Shown one piece after another: positions 61,607 through 64,000 of a DNA stretch of 64,000 bases (position 1 is the stretch's first letter; each line of letters opens with the position of its first letter). Location of the stretch: positions 1,344,001-1,408,000 of the forward strand of contig CAWBKB010000001.1 in NCBI GenBank assembly GCA_963789265.1. The letters run 5' to 3'. The position numbers and the translations under genes were made by a program. The notes below the pieces were generated by a model, which saw only the letters and a list, made by a program, of their open reading frames with translations, ran no database searches and was not told the DNA's origin. Source of the stretch: an uncultured delta proteobacterium (GTDB lineage Bacteria > Desulfobacterota > Desulfomonilia > Desulfomonilales > Desulfomonilaceae).

Positions 61607-62668
61607 ATGCTGACTTTGACGAACGAGCAACGCGAAAAGTTGCTGGACGATCTGCCCTGCTATGCACTGTTACTTGATTCAAACCGCAACGTCTTGTGGG
61701 CAAGTCGTCGAACCGTCCGAGACTTTCGAGCGGCAAAAGCAAGAAAGTGCTGGAAGGTCTACGGAATTGATAAATCTCGATGCTCGGATTGCCCTGCTCT
61801 GAAAACCCTCCAGGATGGTCAGATTCACGGCAAGGAGATGACAGCCATCACTCGCGACGGCTCCAGAATCACAGTGCTGGAACAGTCTTCTCCTGTACTC
61901 GATGGCAATGGAAAAATAGAGTCAGTTCTGGCGACCAGTGTGGACATTACCCCGATCAAGGAGATTCAAAAGCAACTGATCCTCTTGGGCGAAACTGTCG
62001 CTGGTATGGCTCACAGCATCAAGAACATCATGATGGGTCTTGAGGGAGGAATATACGTAGTCAACAAGGGCATTGAGGCCAAGAACCAAAATGAAATACA
62101 AGAAGGATGGGAGATGGTGCTGCTCAACTTCGACAAGATCTCCCAGATAGTCAAAGACATCCTCTACTGTTCGAAAGATCGCGTCCCGAACTTCCAGATT
62201 ATCAAGCCCAACGACATTGCCCGCGAAGTTCATGACCTGTTTCAAGAAACCGCCAGTAGATACCATATCGAGCTGAAATTGGACCTTGACGATGCGCTGG
62301 TGGAAGCCGTGATCGACCCCTCGGGGATGCACACCGTGCTGTCCAACCTTGTTTCCAATGCATTGGATGCCTGCAAACTGGACATCTGGAAAGATTCCCA
62401 TTTGGTGGAAATAAGAAGCCGTAAAGGCTCGGATGGATCTACAGTGATCGAAGTCGCGGACAACGGGGTGGGCATTGACAAAGACCTGAAGAACCATGTC
62501 TTCGAGGATTTTTTTTCTTCCAAGGGCGATCAGGGCACAGGGTTGGGGCTGATGGTGACCCAGAAAATTATGCGCGAACACCGGGGCAACATCACCTTCC
62601 GGTCCAGACCCGGCCAGGGAACCACCTTCGTGGCAACCTTTCCCAAGCGAGAGCCCGCAGCACAATAA
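61607..62668 (+). CDS. Cytoplasmic PAS histidine kinase
   Basis: CW...RCSDCP PAS domain, MAHSIKN, DNGVGI, GTGLGL. Confidence 0.9.
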   Translation: MLTLTNEQREKLLDDLPCYALLLDSNRNVLWASRRTVRDFRAAKARKCWKVYGIDKSRCSDCPALKTLQDGQIHGKEMTAITRDGSRITVLEQSSPVLDGNGKIESVLATSVDITPIKEIQKQLILLGETVAGMAHSIKNIMMGLEGGIYVVNKGIEAKNQNEIQEGWEMVLLNFDKISQIVKDILYCSKDRVPNFQIIKPNDIAREVHDLFQETASRYHIELKLDLDDALVEAVIDPSGMHTVLSNLVSNALDACKLDIWKDSHLVEIRSRKGSDGSTVIEVADNGVGIDKDLKNHVFEDFFSSKGDQGTGLGLMVTQKIMREHRGNITFRSRPGQGTTFVATFPKREPAAQ

Positions 62669-62712
62669 CCGAGTCAGACAGCTAGAGAGCTAAAAACGAA
62701 GCAGGAAGAGGT

Positions 62713-62737
62713 CAGTAGGACCGGCATCTTGCCGGTC
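62713..62737. repeat. GGCATCTTGCC-core REP (single arm)
   Basis: CAGTAGGACCGGCATCTTGCCGGTC. Confidence 0.65.
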
Positions 62738-63402
62738 GCTAACAGAGCGTTTTTACTGGAAATAGGCTAAAATGGCCGCTCTCCGGATGTCGTGGTTACT
62801 TCTAAGTGTTGGGGCGTCCATGCCGACCATAACTTTGATTAGTTGACATGCGAGCCCACACCCGGCTACAGTAAAACTTGAATTGTATGTAGTCTTGGCC
62901 AAAATTAATGTGTCTTTGGTCGTAAGATGCGGAAAATTCTCACGGTGCATGGTGACGGACCTTTCACCGTCATTCCCGAGCACGCGGGAATCCAGACATT
63001 CTGTGGAGCAGACTTTCCAGTCTGCTTATGAATCTCATTCCCGCCGGACCGACTGGCCCCGGATCGCAGTCCGGGGTGACCCTGCGGGACGCGGGGCAAA
63101 TTGGACAAAACTCTTGGCAACTACTGTAGGACCAAACCTGAATCGAAATGTCGGGTGCTGTCGACCATGTTGGTTTGAAGCGTCACAATTGATGCTAATT
63201 GGAATCGCAATGTTATTTTATGAAGCAAACATAACATTTTCCCGATGATTTCATCGGCAAAAGCATGAGTTCACGCGAAAATGGCGGCCGGATACATTTT
63301 GTAGCATTGTGAACGAGCAGGAGGAACCGCTCTTCCGGATTATTGAATTGCGCCGCCTATGCCGTGTCAACTGAATTATCTAACGAGGTAGGGGGATACT
63401 AA

Positions 63403-63873
63403 ATGATCTCATTCAAAGTAAACGGAAAGAGGTATGAGCTGGACGTGCCTGTGGACACTCCGCTCTTGTGGGTAATTCGGGAAAACCTGGGGCTGACGGG
63501 CACGAAGTACGGCTGCGGCAAGGCCCTGTGCGGCGCATGCACGGTTCACGTGAATGGGGAGGCGGTTCGTTCCTGCGTAGCTCCTGTTTCATCCGTCATG
63601 GGCAAGGAAGTGGTCACAATAGAGGGCTTGTCGCCAAATAGCACCCATCCCGTCCAACAAGCCTGGATCGCTGAAGACGTGCCTCAGTGCGGCTTCTGCC
63701 ACTCAGGTCAGATCATGTCTGCGGTAGCGCTCCTGTCGGCAAATCCGAAACCTACCGACGAAGATATCGACCAGGCCATGGCCGGAAATATCTGCCGTTG
63801 CGGCACGTATCAGCGCATTCGCAAGGCTATCCACCGCGCGGCGGGGATGATGGACCAAGGAGGGCGAACATGA
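63403..63873 (+). CDS. Isoquinoline/aldehyde oxidoreductase 2Fe-2S small subunit
   Basis: [30 protein letters not shown]. Confidence 0.92.
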   Translation: MISFKVNGKRYELDVPVDTPLLWVIRENLGLTGTKYGCGKALCGACTVHVNGEAVRSCVAPVSSVMGKEVVTIEGLSPNSTHPVQQAWIAEDVPQCGFCHSGQIMSAVALLSANPKPTDEDIDQAMAGNICRCGTYQRIRKAIHRAAGMMDQGGRT

Positions 63874-64000
63874 ACGAGATCGTAAACTTAAGCCGTCGCT
63901 CCTTCCTGAAGGCAGCAGCAGTGGGCGGAGGATTGGTGCTCGGGTTTTATGTGCCGGGCCTGAAAGGTCGTGCATGGCTCATGGCCGCCGAGAACGTTCC
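63870..64000 (+). CDS. Molybdopterin-binding large subunit (IorB-like), 5' fragment
   Basis: ATGA overlap with the small subunit; [26 protein letters not shown]at-like signal. Confidence 0.8.
   Translation, partial: MNEIVNLSRRSFLKAAAVGGGLVLGFYVPGLKGRAWLMAAENV

Noticed and set aside
62889..63125. GTAGT..GCCAA / TTGGCAACTAC possible MITE ends
   Set aside because: Imperfect match and no convincing duplication

Overview
Chromosomal segment of an anaerobic Desulfobacterota (deltaproteobacterium); the Desulfomonile-like assignment is inferred from gene content. It encodes an acyl-CoA ligase and ABC ATPase, a leucine/HMG-CoA catabolic trio, moaC with an atypical hisD, a CDF exporter divergent from a yybP-ykoY riboswitch-led Na/Ca exchanger, and a kinase/regulator/sigma54-activator cluster with a complete downstream sigma54 promoter. 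It also carries a class III ribonucleotide reductase operon (nrdD-HNH-CxxC redoxin-nrdG) with NrdR boxes, an AbfD-like dehydratase, comF, a probably leaderless lexA, MFS/LysR, two tandem RND permeases, and a sigma54-driven hybrid Tmc/Hmc redox operon with a 16-heme cytochrome and embedded sensor kinases. The most unusual signal is non-coding. Intergenic DNA is dense in several REP-like palindrome families, and at least three types of miniature transposon (MITE) carry REPs, two of which insert into REP loops or arms. One site, 48010-48574, is a three-level nested insertion. No transposase, tRNA, rRNA or CRISPR array was seen. Nine single-base frameshifts in short homopolymers most likely reflect sequencing error.
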